A program made the position numbers and the translations under genes. A stretch of DNA of 64,000 nucleotides from the NCBI GenBank assembly GCA_964016885.1, contig OZ024746.1, positions 66,836,001 to 66,900,000 of the forward strand, in the 5' to 3' direction. The number at the start of each line of letters is the position of its first letter. Within the stretch, counting starts at the first letter, position 1. Below are positions 1 to 12,649 of this stretch, one piece after another. A model generated the notes under the pieces. The model was given only the letters and a program-made list of their open reading frames with translations. It ran no database searches and was not told the DNA's origin. The stretch is from Eledone cirrhosa (Eukaryota).

Positions 1-495
1 AAAATCCTGCCTGATATATTGGAAATTCTCATGTATTAAATACGGTATTTTGCTAAGTGAATGTATATTATTGATGCAACCTTTAAAGATTTACTAAACA
101 TTTCTAACTCGGAAAATGTTAAATAAATGTCATAGTATTTTATCGGCACATGTGTAATGAAGAGAAAGAAAGATTATATTTCTTCGTATATGTTGATTAA
201 CAGTGCTTTGAAGAGAAAATCTTCTCTTTTTACAAACTTAAGCACTGGCGATATATGTAAAGTTCAAAGAATATCTCGAAGAACCGTAATTATTGTATAT
301 TAACTGTTACGGCTCCATTCTACATTTATTTTTTAATGAAACGTGGAGGAAGAAAAGGAAGAAAGCAAGAGGAAATATATTGGGATACTTAATTTCATGA
401 CATTCTTATGGGTTCAAATAATTCTAGATTCAATATTCCCTTCCTTTCAATATAAAAATACCCCCATATACAAAATATGTATTATTGCGTAACAC

Positions 496-557
<62 letters not shown>

Positions 558-565
<8 letters not shown>

Positions 566-690
566 GGTTAATATCCCCACAGGTACTAAGTACCCCTGGA
601 TATATATAGGGTGTCTATGATACAGTGGTTGTTCCATGGTATTAATTTGACATACCAGAACTATAAAATTGAAATAAGCGGAGCAAGTAA
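558..690. repeat. Dispersed repeat, diverged inverted homologue of 5990-6112; both abut (TA)n arrays
   Basis: gaggttaatatccccacaggtactaagtaccc...ggtgtctatgata...taccagaactataaaatt matches the reverse complement of 5990-6112. Confidence 0.7.
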
Positions 691-715
691 GATTCAAGCA
701 ATGTTTTAAAATAAA

Positions 716-951
716 TTAAAAAATATAATTAAATATTTACTTATTCCATTTGCTTTTACCGACGGTTTTACCTTACAAAATATAGGAGATCCTAGGGACC
801 TCCAATGGAAATGTTCGGATCATTAAAGAGCATTTTCCTTACCTAGGAAAAAGTCCCAGGAACGGCAAATATATATTGCCACCTGTCAGCTAGCACAGGA
901 TCGTCGGTAAAAGCAAATGGAATAGGTAAATATTTAAATTATATTTTTTAA
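716..951. repeat. Small element with ~50 bp inverted ends (716-764 / 902-951)
   Basis: ttaaaaaatataattaaatatttacttattccatttgcttttaccgacg vs cgtcggtaaaagcaaatggaataggtaaatatttaaattatattttttaa, followed by (TA)n. Confidence 0.75.
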
Positions 952-1049
952 TATATATATATATATTAGAGGTATATATTGAGTTAGGAACTAAAACTAG
1001 TCTCTTACAATAAAATAGCTCTAGGAAAGATATTTCCGAGCCGTATATT

Positions 1050-1260
1050 ATAATTGAATATAAAAGAAAAGCGAACACAGATATATACATATATGTGTTC
1101 AAATTGCAAGGGACCAGATTCGCTAGGTGAAAAAAATACTAACTGTAGACAATAGTCTATAGTTAGTATTCTTTTCACCTTAGCGAATCTGGTCCCTTGC
1201 AATTTGAACACATATATGTATATATCTTTGTTTATCTGTGTTAGTTTTTCTTTTATATTC

Positions 1261-1267
<7 letters not shown>
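1050..1267. repeat. Near-perfect fold-back palindrome, ~100 bp arms, 4-nt loop at 1151-1154
   Basis: tactaactgtagac-aata-gtctatagttagta at the centre; arms extend through aaattgcaagggaccagattcgcta / tagcgaatctggtcccttgcaattt. Confidence 0.85.
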
Positions 1268-1300
<33 letters not shown>

Positions 1301-1322
1301 CCTGTTTGTCCCGATTCTCATA

Positions 1323-1875
1323 TATATCTTTTTCGCCCTATCTCTACTGCTCTGAGCCGATGTTACATTAAAGCCAGAGTCCTGGTGTTTCTCCAGTGCA
1401 AGGCGCATACAATAGTCCACCACAATGATAAAAAGGTAGAGAGCCAATGTATCTCCCTGGAGCACACCAGCCAGTATCTCAAAGAAGTCCGTCATCCCAT
1501 CAGGTGTAAAGACATTGGTGTAATGACTTTGGTGTTGGTGTAGAGCAGTGATATCAGGTCCACTCTCTTCTTGGGGATTCCATAAGCCTGTAAGATCTTC
1601 ATCAGACAGTAATGGTCCAGAGAATCAAAGGCCTTTCTAAAGTCAATGAAAACCATGACCGCTGGAAGGCACTTTGCTCTAGCTCCCTCTAATATCCTCC
1701 TCAGCATCAGGATGTGACTGGTGGTTGATCTTCCCTCTCTGAAGCCGTTCTGGTTGTCCCTGAGCTTCTTCTCTATCTCGGGCTGGATCCCGTCAAGAAT
1801 CATCCTGTTGAAGGTCTCGGCCACAAGTGACGTCAGTGAGATCCCCCTGTAGCTGTTGGAGTTAGAGAGATCTCT
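1323..1875 (-). mobile_element. RTE-clade LINE reverse transcriptase fragment (inverted 5' part)
   Basis: YRGISLTS, QNGFREGRST, FIDFRKAFDS, GVLQGDTLA motifs across two frames. Confidence 0.92.
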
Positions 1876-2628
1876 AGAGAGATGCTGATTTTGCCGATGA
1901 CATAGTTTTGGTGACAAATACAGTGAAGGAGGCAGAGGATTTGATGCAGGAAGTTGAGACTATGTCGATGAGTGTGAGGCTGAGAATGAATGAGAGTAAG
2001 ACAAAATGTCTGGTAGAGAATGTTGAGAAGCCAGAGGGGATCACTAATGTAGGCGGGAACCCACTGGAATTAGTTGAGGACTTCCTGTATTTGGGAGCAA
2101 AGATTGGGAATACGGAAAATGATGTGGTTGAGAGGAAGAGCAAAGCCTGGGCGGAGTGCCACAGCTTGAGATCAGTGTGGAAGTCGGACCATCGTGGGGA
2201 CCTGAAGATCTGCCTCTTCATTGCTGTACGGGTCTGAGACTTGGACACTGACCAAGAAACTCACTCAGATGGTGGATGGGTGCTACACGAGAATGGTGGG
2301 GATGGCTCTGAACATTAATCAGTATACAGTGAGGATTAAAAACTCAGAGCTGTATGGGAGCCTCCCAAATGTCAGCATAACATTGACACAGAGGAGACTG
2401 AGGTTAGCTGGACATGTCCACCGACATCGAGAGTTGACACTGCAGTCAGTGCTCTTGTGGGAGCCCCTACATGGACACACTGGAAGAGGAAGACCAAGGT
2501 TAACGTATGTTGGTGCCCTAAGGACAGACACTGGTCTGTTGGAGACGCAGGACATGGCAGCGATAAGGAGGAACAGAGACTGCTGGAGAAAACTCGTCCA
2601 TGGATCTCGGGAATTTTAATTTTACCCG

Positions 2629-2631
<3 letters not shown>
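1876..2631 (+). mobile_element. RTE-clade LINE 3' part (RT end and C-terminus), frameshifted
   Basis: FADDI, FLYLG, LYGSETWTL, RLRLAGH, GRGRPRLTY, RDCWRK; short 3' UTR ending in (TA)n. Confidence 0.92.
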
Positions 2632-2714
<83 letters not shown>

Positions 2715-3505
2715 TAAAAGGAACGAGTGAGACGATGTAAGAACAGGCAGGAATATAATACAGGAACGGGCAGAAATATGCATTGGTTGGGTTATTGGTG
2801 GAGGGTGCTGGTAACCATTTCCTACCAGGACTGTTCGCAGGCCATTGTTGCAAGTGGCGTTTTCACTAACCTCGTTGCATCCATGTAGCATCCGAGAGAT
2901 TTTGTTCCTTGTTTTCGTTATGTAGAATAGGTCGAATTGTTCCCTTTAGAACGCCTTCCCCTAGGGTTTGATGTAGATGGATCTATGATCTATACTCTGT
3001 AATATTTGTTTAGATGCTGAGCAGGGACAATACTATGGTCTTATTCAGAAGCTCAATTTCAAAATTCAGGTGGCAGCTAACGTGTTTAAATTTATCTTGT
3101 ATTTTAACCTCATTGAGGATGACGAGCACATTCCAGGACAATAGACGGGAATGGTAGGTGGTAAGCATACTTCACTTCAGCTGGGCCGTGCAAGAGAGGA
3201 GTGGGGTGTATACCCGAAACAGCTGGTCTCGTTGGTAGTCAAGTAATCGGCTTGAACATCTTTAAAGAAATGGAAATATGTATTAAATATGTGCGACTGG
3301 AAGAAAGAAAGGAAGTGAAGATCACCGAGAGGAAAGGAAACGTTCACTTTGGGAAGGGGACAACAATTGAACTGTCGAACGAAATCAAGTTTAATCTAAA
3401 AGAGTGTCTACTTGGTGAGTTTGGTTGAGATATTTCTGTATGCTGATTATTTTTTAGAGCTGGGTATATGTCCGTTAAATGTGTAGAATAGACTTTTAAG
3501 AGATG

Positions 3506-3557
<52 letters not shown>

Positions 3558-3679
3558 ATGTGTGTGTGTGTGTGGGGGGGGGTATGTGTGTGTGTGTCTT
3601 ATATCGATGCGTCTAACTGACCTATCCGTTCTTTGTCACACATTTTTCGATTTAAATATCGAACATATATGTAATCTTC

Positions 3680-3795
3680 GGTGAAGGCGTGTGGCTGAGT
3701 GTTTAGAGAATTAGATTCGTAATTGTGAGATTGAGAGTTCGATTCCTGGACCGGGCGATTCATTTTGTCCTTGAGCAAGACACTTTATTCTACTT
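3680..3795 (+). mobile_element. Degenerate tRNA-derived SINE head
   Basis: A box-like tggctgagtgttta, B box-like agttcgattcc, followed by tccttgagcaagacacttt as in the SINE at 34651. Confidence 0.6.
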
Positions 3796-4219
3796 GAAGT
3801 TGCAACCGATAGATAGTATTAGCAAGTGGAAAGACCAACAGAAACATTGTTTCCTCGGGCCGATATGACGAAAGTCGATCGACTGTCGATATGTATTTAT
3901 TTATTTTTCATTGCCATGTAATTTCACCTAACATTCATTTCGTTTTCTTTCTGTTTACTTTCTGTGCAATATATTCGTCTCGTTCTTCATTATTTAGTAT
4001 ATTGCAGGTTAGTGTTTTACTATTATGTTAGACATTGTGAGGCAAGGAATTAAGGTCATTGCGTAAGCCGATAGTCACGGAGTTGTTGCTCCTGTTCATG
4101 TTACCTTTTGTATTTCGATTATGTTATACTAATGTACCAACTCGCCATATTTTCGTTCCCGTATTTATGTCTGATTTTCATCGCATCTTTGGCGAATGAC
4201 ACACACACGTTTGTATGTA

Positions 4220-4277
<58 letters not shown>

Positions 4278-4300
4278 CATATATATATATATACATATAT

Positions 4301-4388
<88 letters not shown>

Positions 4389-4629
4389 TTACACTATATA
4401 TAATACACCCCATGACAGCTTTTACATGTCAATTTTATACATCTGCCTCATGTCAGCTAGTTTTACACGCTAAAATCGTAAATATACTATACTTCCCACC
4501 TAGATTGATGTTGTGATTATTTCAAATAATTTATTGCTAGCATTGTTAGTATTGTTGTTATTGTTCTGATTGAATGCCATTACTACTGTATATAGTAGCC
4601 ATGCCTGTATATTCCTTTCATTCTCACAA

Positions 4630-4735
4630 GCTCCGATGAATTGACTGGTTACAACTATGTATTGGTGATTGAATGACGTGAAAACAAGCGGATAGCGATC
4701 TTTAGACCTACCAGTTCAGAGAAACAATTCTCAGC
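4630..4735 (+). ncRNA. Decayed hammerhead ribozyme copy (CCGAUGA core)
   Basis: gct-CCGATGA-attgactggt..accagttcaga-GAAA-caattc-TC-agc. Confidence 0.55.
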
Positions 4736-4868
4736 AATGAGATTAAAAACCTTTTTTTTTGTATAGCAAACCGTGTCACTCTTCTTTCCTCATTTATATA
4801 TATATATATATAAATCAAGAAAGAAGAGTGACACGGTTTGCTATACAAAAAAGGTTTTTAATCACTTT

Positions 4869-4974
4869 GCTGACAATTGTTTCTCTGAACTGGTAGGTCT
4901 AGAGATCGCTACCCGCCTGTTTTCGAGTCAATCGAGCACTAATACATAGTTGTAACCAGTCAATTCATCAGAGC
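4869..4974 (-). ncRNA. Type I hammerhead ribozyme with 60-nt loop II
   Basis: gct-CTGATGA-attgactggt[60 nt]accagttcaga-GAAA-caattg(palindrome)-TC-agc; stem I only 3 bp. Confidence 0.7.
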
Positions 4975-5280
4975 TAGCGTATTGGTGATCGATTGACGCG
5001 AAAACAGGCGGGTAGCGATCTCTAGACATACCAGTTCAGAGAAACAATTGTCAGCAAAGTGATTAAAAACCCTTTTTGTATAGCAAACCGTGTCACACTT
5101 CTTTCTTGATTTATCATTACTCCAAGTGTAAAGAACATAGAAATCCCCGCGTACTCGCAGCATCACTATGTAAACGCCTTGTTGAGTCAAAATTAGCAAG
5201 CGTTGATACAATCCACTACTCGGAGTACCCTAACTGGACTACACCTAAGTGGACTACCTATGACAATAATCTGTTATCCC

Positions 5281-5351
<71 letters not shown>

Positions 5352-5801
5352 ATCAATTTGGCTGGCAGTGAAGCAATACTGATTGAACGTTCATTGTCAC
5401 CATACTTTTGCCCCAATAAACTAAATTTAAGATGATCAATTTATATTTTCATTGGATGTATATTTTAAGTGCATAATTTCAGCAATTATTGTAATTGTAG
5501 CAATTAACTAGGTTTTCATTTAACATCAATTAAATGCCTCAATTACAGTACTTTATGATTGAAATGAATATATATTTTATTATTGTTTATTATAAAATTG
5601 TAAAAGACACTATGAAAGATAATGTTTCTTATATACTTATAATAATAATAATCCTTAATATGATAAATTTATATTGATTATTAAAGTACTTATTGATTGC
5701 TCATAATTAGTAGTTCGACACAAAGAAATTTATGGTGACCTTGTTTCCTATTCACAAAGGAATAATAATAGTAATAATGATAATAATAATATAATAATAA
5801 T

Positions 5802-5876
<75 letters not shown>

Positions 5877-6132
5877 AATTTGAATTTATAATCTTTTATA
5901 AATGGAAACCGCTGATAATAACACTATGAGCAGGTAGATATTTAAATAATTATTTAATTTATTTAAGGGATTATTTAATGTTTGTTTGTTCTGCTCATCA
6001 ATTTTTATAGTTCTGGTATCTCGAATTAGTACCATAGAACAACAATTATATTATAGACACCCTATATATCTCTATGGGTACTTAGTACTCAGTGAGATAT
6101 TTACCTCATTTATATATATATATATATATATA

Positions 6133-6771
6133 TTTTTTATTTTTTTTATTTTATAGAAGGAGCTTCTACAGGACTAGTACTGTTTCATTCAGATGAAATC
6201 TTCAGGAAGCTGGGTGTCATATTAAGTTCTGGTATTTATACATTTAGGTAGTGGCAAGGGTGGGGTGGCGGATGGGGTGGGGGTGGTATTTAGATACACA
6301 GGACCCCTTCATGGCACAGGCCGTTTTTTCTATCGGGAGTGGTCAATTAGCCAGAGTGCTTTTTTTGAAATAAATAAATAAGTAAATAAATAAATAAATG
6401 AATAAATAAATAGATAAATGAATAAATAAATGAAATAAATAAAGAAATAAATAAAAAATAAATAAATAAAAACCCCAAGAATAGTAATTCAACAGATATA
6501 TAGTAGGGACAATTTTTAGGTGGGTTGGTAATAGAAATTAAATATTTAACAAGACAGAATCATGGCACAGACTGGGGTGAGTGGTCAAGTTAACATACAA
6601 GCCACAGGTGGCCAGAGTGTTTTAGTAGCATGGAGAGAATAAAATATATTTACATACTCACAACCACATACAAAAACACTTACACACACACATACATATA
6701 TACCTACATATATATACGAACATATATACACATGTGTGTGTGTGTGTGTGCACACCTACACATTCACACAC

Positions 6772-6825
<54 letters not shown>

Positions 6826-7002
6826 GTGTGCGCATACACATACACACACACACACATACATATACACACACACACATACATACATACACATATATACATA
6901 TATACACAGGAAAAACACAAACACACAAATATACACACACACACGCATACACATACACACACATATATAAATATATATCTACACATACGCACGCGCGCAT
7001 AC

Positions 7003-7063
<61 letters not shown>

Positions 7064-7067
7064 TATG

Positions 7068-7099
<32 letters not shown>

Positions 7100-7261
7100 C
7101 ACACCTACAAGTACGTAAGTCTCTCTCGTGTAAACTATACTATACATACACATACATACATTTGTACACACATACATACACATACATACACACACACACA
7201 CAAACACATACATTCACACATATATATACATATATACACACACACATACATATATAATCTC

Positions 7262-7300
<39 letters not shown>

Positions 7301-7305
7301 CATAC

Positions 7306-7382
<77 letters not shown>

Positions 7383-7792
7383 CATACATATACATACACA
7401 CACACACACACACATATATACGTATATACATACACACGCATACACATTTACAAGCAAACACGCATACATACACATACATACATACAAATAAGTACACAAA
7501 CGCATATGCACAAACACGCACTCGTTCGCACTCATACATGTGTCTATAATATAAAGGTAGTGGGACAAATTTTAAAGTTTAAATTTTAAACTGGGCCTGA
7601 TAGAGGATTAAAATAATTAATGTCACTATTAAGTTATTAATAGTATCATCAAGTAATTAATTACTATTTATTATTTATTACTTACTATTTACCATTCACT
7701 ATTCGTTACCTATCTTTTATCCTTTATCTATTCAATACCTAATCATTCACTCATAAATTAATAAATAAATAAATGAAACAGTTAACTAACAA
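6133..7792 (-). repeat. Inverted copy of the 3' tail of the PLE at 7793-12025
   Basis: 6133-7330 is the reverse complement of ~10800-11960; 7370-7792 is the reverse complement of ~9190-9610. Confidence 0.93.
6161..6211 (-). ncRNA. Type I hammerhead ribozyme (inverted copy of 11889-11939)
   Basis: Exact reverse complement of the 11889-11939 motif. Confidence 0.7.
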
Positions 7793-8773
7793 ACTAAAGC
7801 TAACTTCCTAGACGTTACCCTCGACTTAGAAACTTCCCTTTACTACCCGTACCACAAACCTAATGAATCCCTTAGATATATAGACATTAATTCTAACCAC
7901 CCCAAAAATATATTAGACAACCTAGTAAAAAGTGTCTCCATGAGGATATCTAGCCTCGCCGCCAATGAAGATATCTTTAGAGCAGCAGCCCCCTATTACA
8001 ACGAGGCCCTGGCCCGCAGCGGCTTTAGAGATAAGATCACCTACCTTACTATAGCCCCACGCCCACCCAGGAAGAATAGGCGAAGGCACATTAGCTGGTA
8101 CAACCCCCCCTTCAACCGAGAAGTTTCAACACCTGTAGCTAAAATTTTCTTCACTCTCTTACAAAAACACTTCCCCACCCAACATAGGTACTATACTATC
8201 CTTAATAAGAATACCATTAGACTCTCTTACTCTACCACACCTAATCTAGCCAGAAACTTAGCCAACAACATCATCAAGAAGCTAAATAAGTCTACTTTTT
8301 CCGAGGCCCATCCAGCAACCGATAGCAACTGCAATTGCCCTGATAAGACGACCTGCCCTCTCAACAACAACTGTCTAAAAAAAGATCTCGTGTATATATG
8401 CGATGTACTCTCAGGCCCCGATGAAAAAAGAAACTCGTACATCGGGATGACTTCTAATAGTTTTAAGACTCGCTGGTACGCCCACACACATTCGTTCCGG
8501 CGCCCAGACAAATCTAACCAAACTACACTCGCCGCCCACATCTGGCACCTAAAAAGGAACTCCATCCCCTTCAAGACCCAATGGAGACTACTCCAGAGAG
8601 CGCAATCATACACGGGAGGCCATAATTGCTGTGACCTCTGTATCTCCGAGAGCTATGAGATTCTATTCGCCAAAGGCCCTCTCCTCAACAAGATCTCGGA
8701 ACACTCCCCTAATTGCATGCACAAGAACTATGCAAATTACAAAAACTACAGACCACCACGGCCCCCCGACTGA
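7793..8773 (+). mobile_element. Penelope-like element ORF, 5'-truncated: RT C-terminus plus GIY-YIG endonuclease (Naiad-like cysteine pattern, tentative)
   Basis: Open frame from KANFLDVTLD and SNHP upstream of the listed Met; WYNPPF, CNCxxxxxCPLxxxC, LVY..YIG, FKTRWYAH, CDLCISE, CMH. Confidence 0.92.
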
Positions 8774-9599
8774 CCCCCCCCCCCTCATATCACCACCCCA
8801 CCCCAGCCCCCCTTCCCATTTCCGTCCCTCCATCTCTCATTATTACCCTCTTTCCTCGCCTCTATCTCTCATTATTACCTTCTTTCCTCCTCTCCAGGTC
8901 TTATATATTGTGTTGTATGCCTCTGAGTAAAGTTCCGTGGCCGCACACACAAATTCACGTATATACCTGCTCATGTTTGCATACGTGCAGTTATGAACTG
9001 CTGCACGCACACGTTCATGATTTATTTATCTATTTAACTTGTATATTTATTTAGTTATTTATTTATTTATTTATTTATTTAGTTACTTTATTTACTTATT
9101 TATTTATTTATCCATTTATTTATTAACTTGTTTATTTATTTGCTTATTTACTGGTTTATTTGTTTATCTGCTTGTTTGTTTGTTCGTTTGTTAGTTAACT
9201 GTTTCATTTATTTATTTATTAATTTATGAGTGAATGATTAGGTATTGAATAGATAAAGGATAAAAGATAGGTAACGAATAGTGAATGGTAAATAGTAAGT
9301 AATAAATAATAAATAGTAATTAATTACTTGATGATACTATTAATAACTTAATAGTGACATTAATTATTTTAATCCTCTATCAGGCCCAGTTTAAAATTTA
9401 AACTTTAAAATTTGTCCCACTACCTTTATATTATAGACACATGTATGAGTGCGAACGAGTGCGTGTTTGTGCATATGCGTCTGTGTACTTATTTGTATGT
9501 ATGTATGTGTATGTATGCGTGTTTGCTTGTAAATGTGTATGCGTGTGTATGTATATACGTATATGTGTGTGTGTGTGTGTGTGTGTATGTATATGTATG

Positions 9600-9659
<60 letters not shown>

Positions 9660-9664
<5 letters not shown>

Positions 9665-10388
9665 AGATTTGAATGGATACAGTTTAGTTGAAAGGAATTT
9701 ATTGACACGTGTTTCTATAACAGTTACATAACCTAAAACAGCTGCTATCTACAAACTTTTAGTTATGCAGACATTCAATATTTCAATGTTATTATTTACT
9801 GTCATTACATCAGAATAATATTACTGAGGACCTATTTAGTTTTTATAGAGAATATTAGGAGGGAGGGGTGAAGTTGTTAGAAGAATAGTTGAAGGAGTGG
9901 TTTTTCGATAGCAGTGAGAATTCTTGGTGGCAGTGAGTAATTAGATTCCCATCTGTTGTTTTGACATTTTTTATAGAATATATTATTGGTTATTTTTCTA
10001 AATCTATAGAAGGATTAGAGATAGTAAAGATATGCGTGGTTGGTTTTGTCTTTGCACTTAATTAACGTTCAGACTTAAATGTTTCTTTCAAGTGTACGTA
10101 TCCTTTCACCCACGCATTCACACACAAATATATTTGCACACCTCTACAAAATACATATACTCACAATTCACATATTCATACTTACATATATATACACATG
10201 CATACACATATATATACACACATGTATTCATGTACATACATACGCGCTCATGTGTATACATTTTCATACTCAACTTATCTTTATATACACACGTATAGAC
10301 ACACACATATATACATACTTACTCTAGTCCATGTGTACACACATACACATACATACACATCTATATACACATATATACATACATATAC

Positions 10389-10471
<83 letters not shown>

Positions 10472-10800
10472 TATATACATATATATATACATATATATAT
10501 AAGCACTTTAATACATGAATACACTTACATCTAACTATACACTATGACAGTAAATAATAACATTGAAATATTGAATGTCTGCATAACTAGAAGTTTGTAG
10601 ATAGCAGCTGTTTTAGGTTATGTAACTGTTATACAAAACACGTGTCAATAAATTCCTTTCAACTAAACTGTATCCATTCAAATCTTTCTATTTTTCTCCG
10701 GATTACTTTTGGAACTACAACTGGAACCGTCGAGCAAACTCTACGTGAGCTGATAATCTACTGTGTGTAATATTTATATTACAACACAACGGAAAATACT
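9660..10800. mobile_element. Nested non-coding element with ~145 bp inverted repeats (9660-9805 / 10544-10690)
   Basis: Absent from the left arm of the host palindrome; flanked by (TA)n; arms nearly identical. Confidence 0.88.
9699..9818 (-). ncRNA. Hammerhead-like motif with 73-nt loop II, core CUGAUGU (likely decayed)
   Basis: ttatt-CTGATGT-a-atgacagt[73 nt]actgttat-a-GAAA-cacgtg-TC-aataa. Confidence 0.65.
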
Positions 10801-10831
10801 GTATATATATATATATATATGTGTATGTATG

Positions 10832-10886
<55 letters not shown>

Positions 10887-11297
10887 GAGATTATATATGT
10901 ATGTGTGTGTATGTGTATATATGTATATATATGTGTGAATGTATGTGTTTGTGTGTGTGTGTGTATGTATGTGTATGTATGTGTGTGCAAATGTATGTAT
11001 GTGTATGTATAGTATAGTTTACACGAGAGAGACTTACGTACTTGTAGGTGTGTGTATATATATATATATGTGTATGTATGCATATATATGTATATATATA
11101 TATATATACGTATATATGTATGTGTATGCGCGCGTGCGTATGTGTAGATATATATATATATATGTGTGTGTATGTGTATGCATATTTGTGTGTTTGTGTT
11201 TTTCCTGTGTATATATGTATATATGTGTATGTATGTGTGTGTGTGTGTATATGTATGTGTGTGTGTGTGTGTATGTGTATGCGCACACGTGTGTGTG

Positions 11298-11339
<42 letters not shown>

Positions 11340-11888
11340 AATGTGTAGGTGTGCACACACACACACACACATGTGTATATATGTACGTATATATATGTAG
11401 GTATATATGTATGTGTGTGTGTAAGTGTTTTTGTATGTGGTTGTGAGTATGTAAATATATTTTATTCTTTCCATCCTACTAAAACACTCTGGCCACCTGT
11501 GGCTTGTATGTTAACTTGACCACTCACCCCAGTCTGTGCCATGATTCTGTCTTGTTAAATATTTAATTTCTATTACCAACCCACCTAAAAAATGTCCCTA
11601 CTATATATCTGTTGAATTACTATTCTTGGGGTTTTTATTTATTTTTTTTTATTTATTTCTTTATTTATTTTATTTATTTATTCATTTATCTATTTATTTA
11701 TTCATTTATTTATTTATTTACTTATTTATTTATTTCAAAAAAGCACTCTGGCTAATTGACCACTCCCCATAGAAAAAACGGCCTGTGCCATGAAGGGGTC
11801 CTGTGTATCTAAATACCATCCCCCCCATCCGCCGCCCCTCCCTTGCCACTACCTAAATGTATAAATACCAGAACTTAATATGACACCC

Positions 11889-11939
11889 AGCTTCCTGAAG
11901 ATTTCATCTGAATGAAACAGTACTAGTCCTGTAGAAGCT
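11889..11939 (+). ncRNA. Type I hammerhead ribozyme at the PLE 3' end
   Basis: agcttc-CTGAAGA-tttcatctgaat-GAAA-cagtactagtcctg-TA-gaagct; 6-bp stem I; weak stem II. Confidence 0.72.
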
Positions 11940-12123
11940 CCTTCTATAAAATAAAAAAAAATTTACTCTGCCATGTATTGAGTACCTTATTTACTGTGGT
12001 TATCCCCGACTCAACCCGGGACCTACGTATATATATATATATATATATATACAAATGGAAGTACAGCATGTTCGAAGCCATAGCAGTAGCCAAGCCGGCG
12101 AATGCTTTCAGATATATATATAC

Positions 12124-12154
<31 letters not shown>

Positions 12155-12197
12155 CATATAAATATATATATATATATACATATAAATATATATATAT

Positions 12198-12256
<59 letters not shown>

Positions 12257-12306
12257 AATATATATATATATATTTATATATATTTATATATATATATATT
12301 TATATA

Positions 12307-12365
<59 letters not shown>

Positions 12366-12371
<6 letters not shown>

Positions 12372-12619
12372 GTGAGGTTTTTTTTACAAAATGAAAAATA
12401 ACCGAGGTGTCCTCCACGAGTGAAAGTATAAAGAAAAAGAGATGAAATCGAAAATGCAACTGGAGTCTTATTTTTTTTTTTAAATATATATATTTATTTG
12501 GTTCCTTTACCGGTTTTGCAGTTCTTCTGCTTTTCAAAAGGTGAGTTGAGATGGAGGGTCTGTGGTTTTTCTCACATCTGTTTGGTCTCTGAATGTTACT
12601 TGTTTTATATGGAAAAAGT
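12366..12619 (-). mobile_element. Solo 3' end of the PLE family at 45481-49000, with HHR at 12504-12541 (GAAA mutated to AAAA)
   Basis: Nearly identical to 45481-45733. Confidence 0.9.
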
Positions 12620-12649
12620 ATATATATTTATATGTAATACATATATATA

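Larger units (their letters stand above)
4630..5281. mobile_element. Non-coding HHR element in three partial copies: + 4630-4795, - 4813-4974, + 4979-5281
   Basis: Shared gcgatctctagacctaccagttcagagaaacaattgtcagcaaagtgattaaaaacc...gtatagcaaaccgtgtcac; (TA)n spacer and flank. Confidence 0.85.
8774..12025 (+). mobile_element. Microsatellite-rich 3' tail of the PLE ending in an HHR, interrupted by an insertion at 9660-10800
   Basis: Duplicated as the inverted arm 6133-7792; terminal HHR; ends at (TA)n. Confidence 0.8.

Noticed and set aside
2800-3480. Possible old PLE coding relic on the minus strand (TIR..YST and GCN words)
   Set aside because: Needs several frameshifts and motif spacing is inconsistent
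7793-8773. Selenoprotein-type PLE (in-frame UGA at Cys positions)
   Set aside because: No in-frame TGA in this ORF or in 63208-64000
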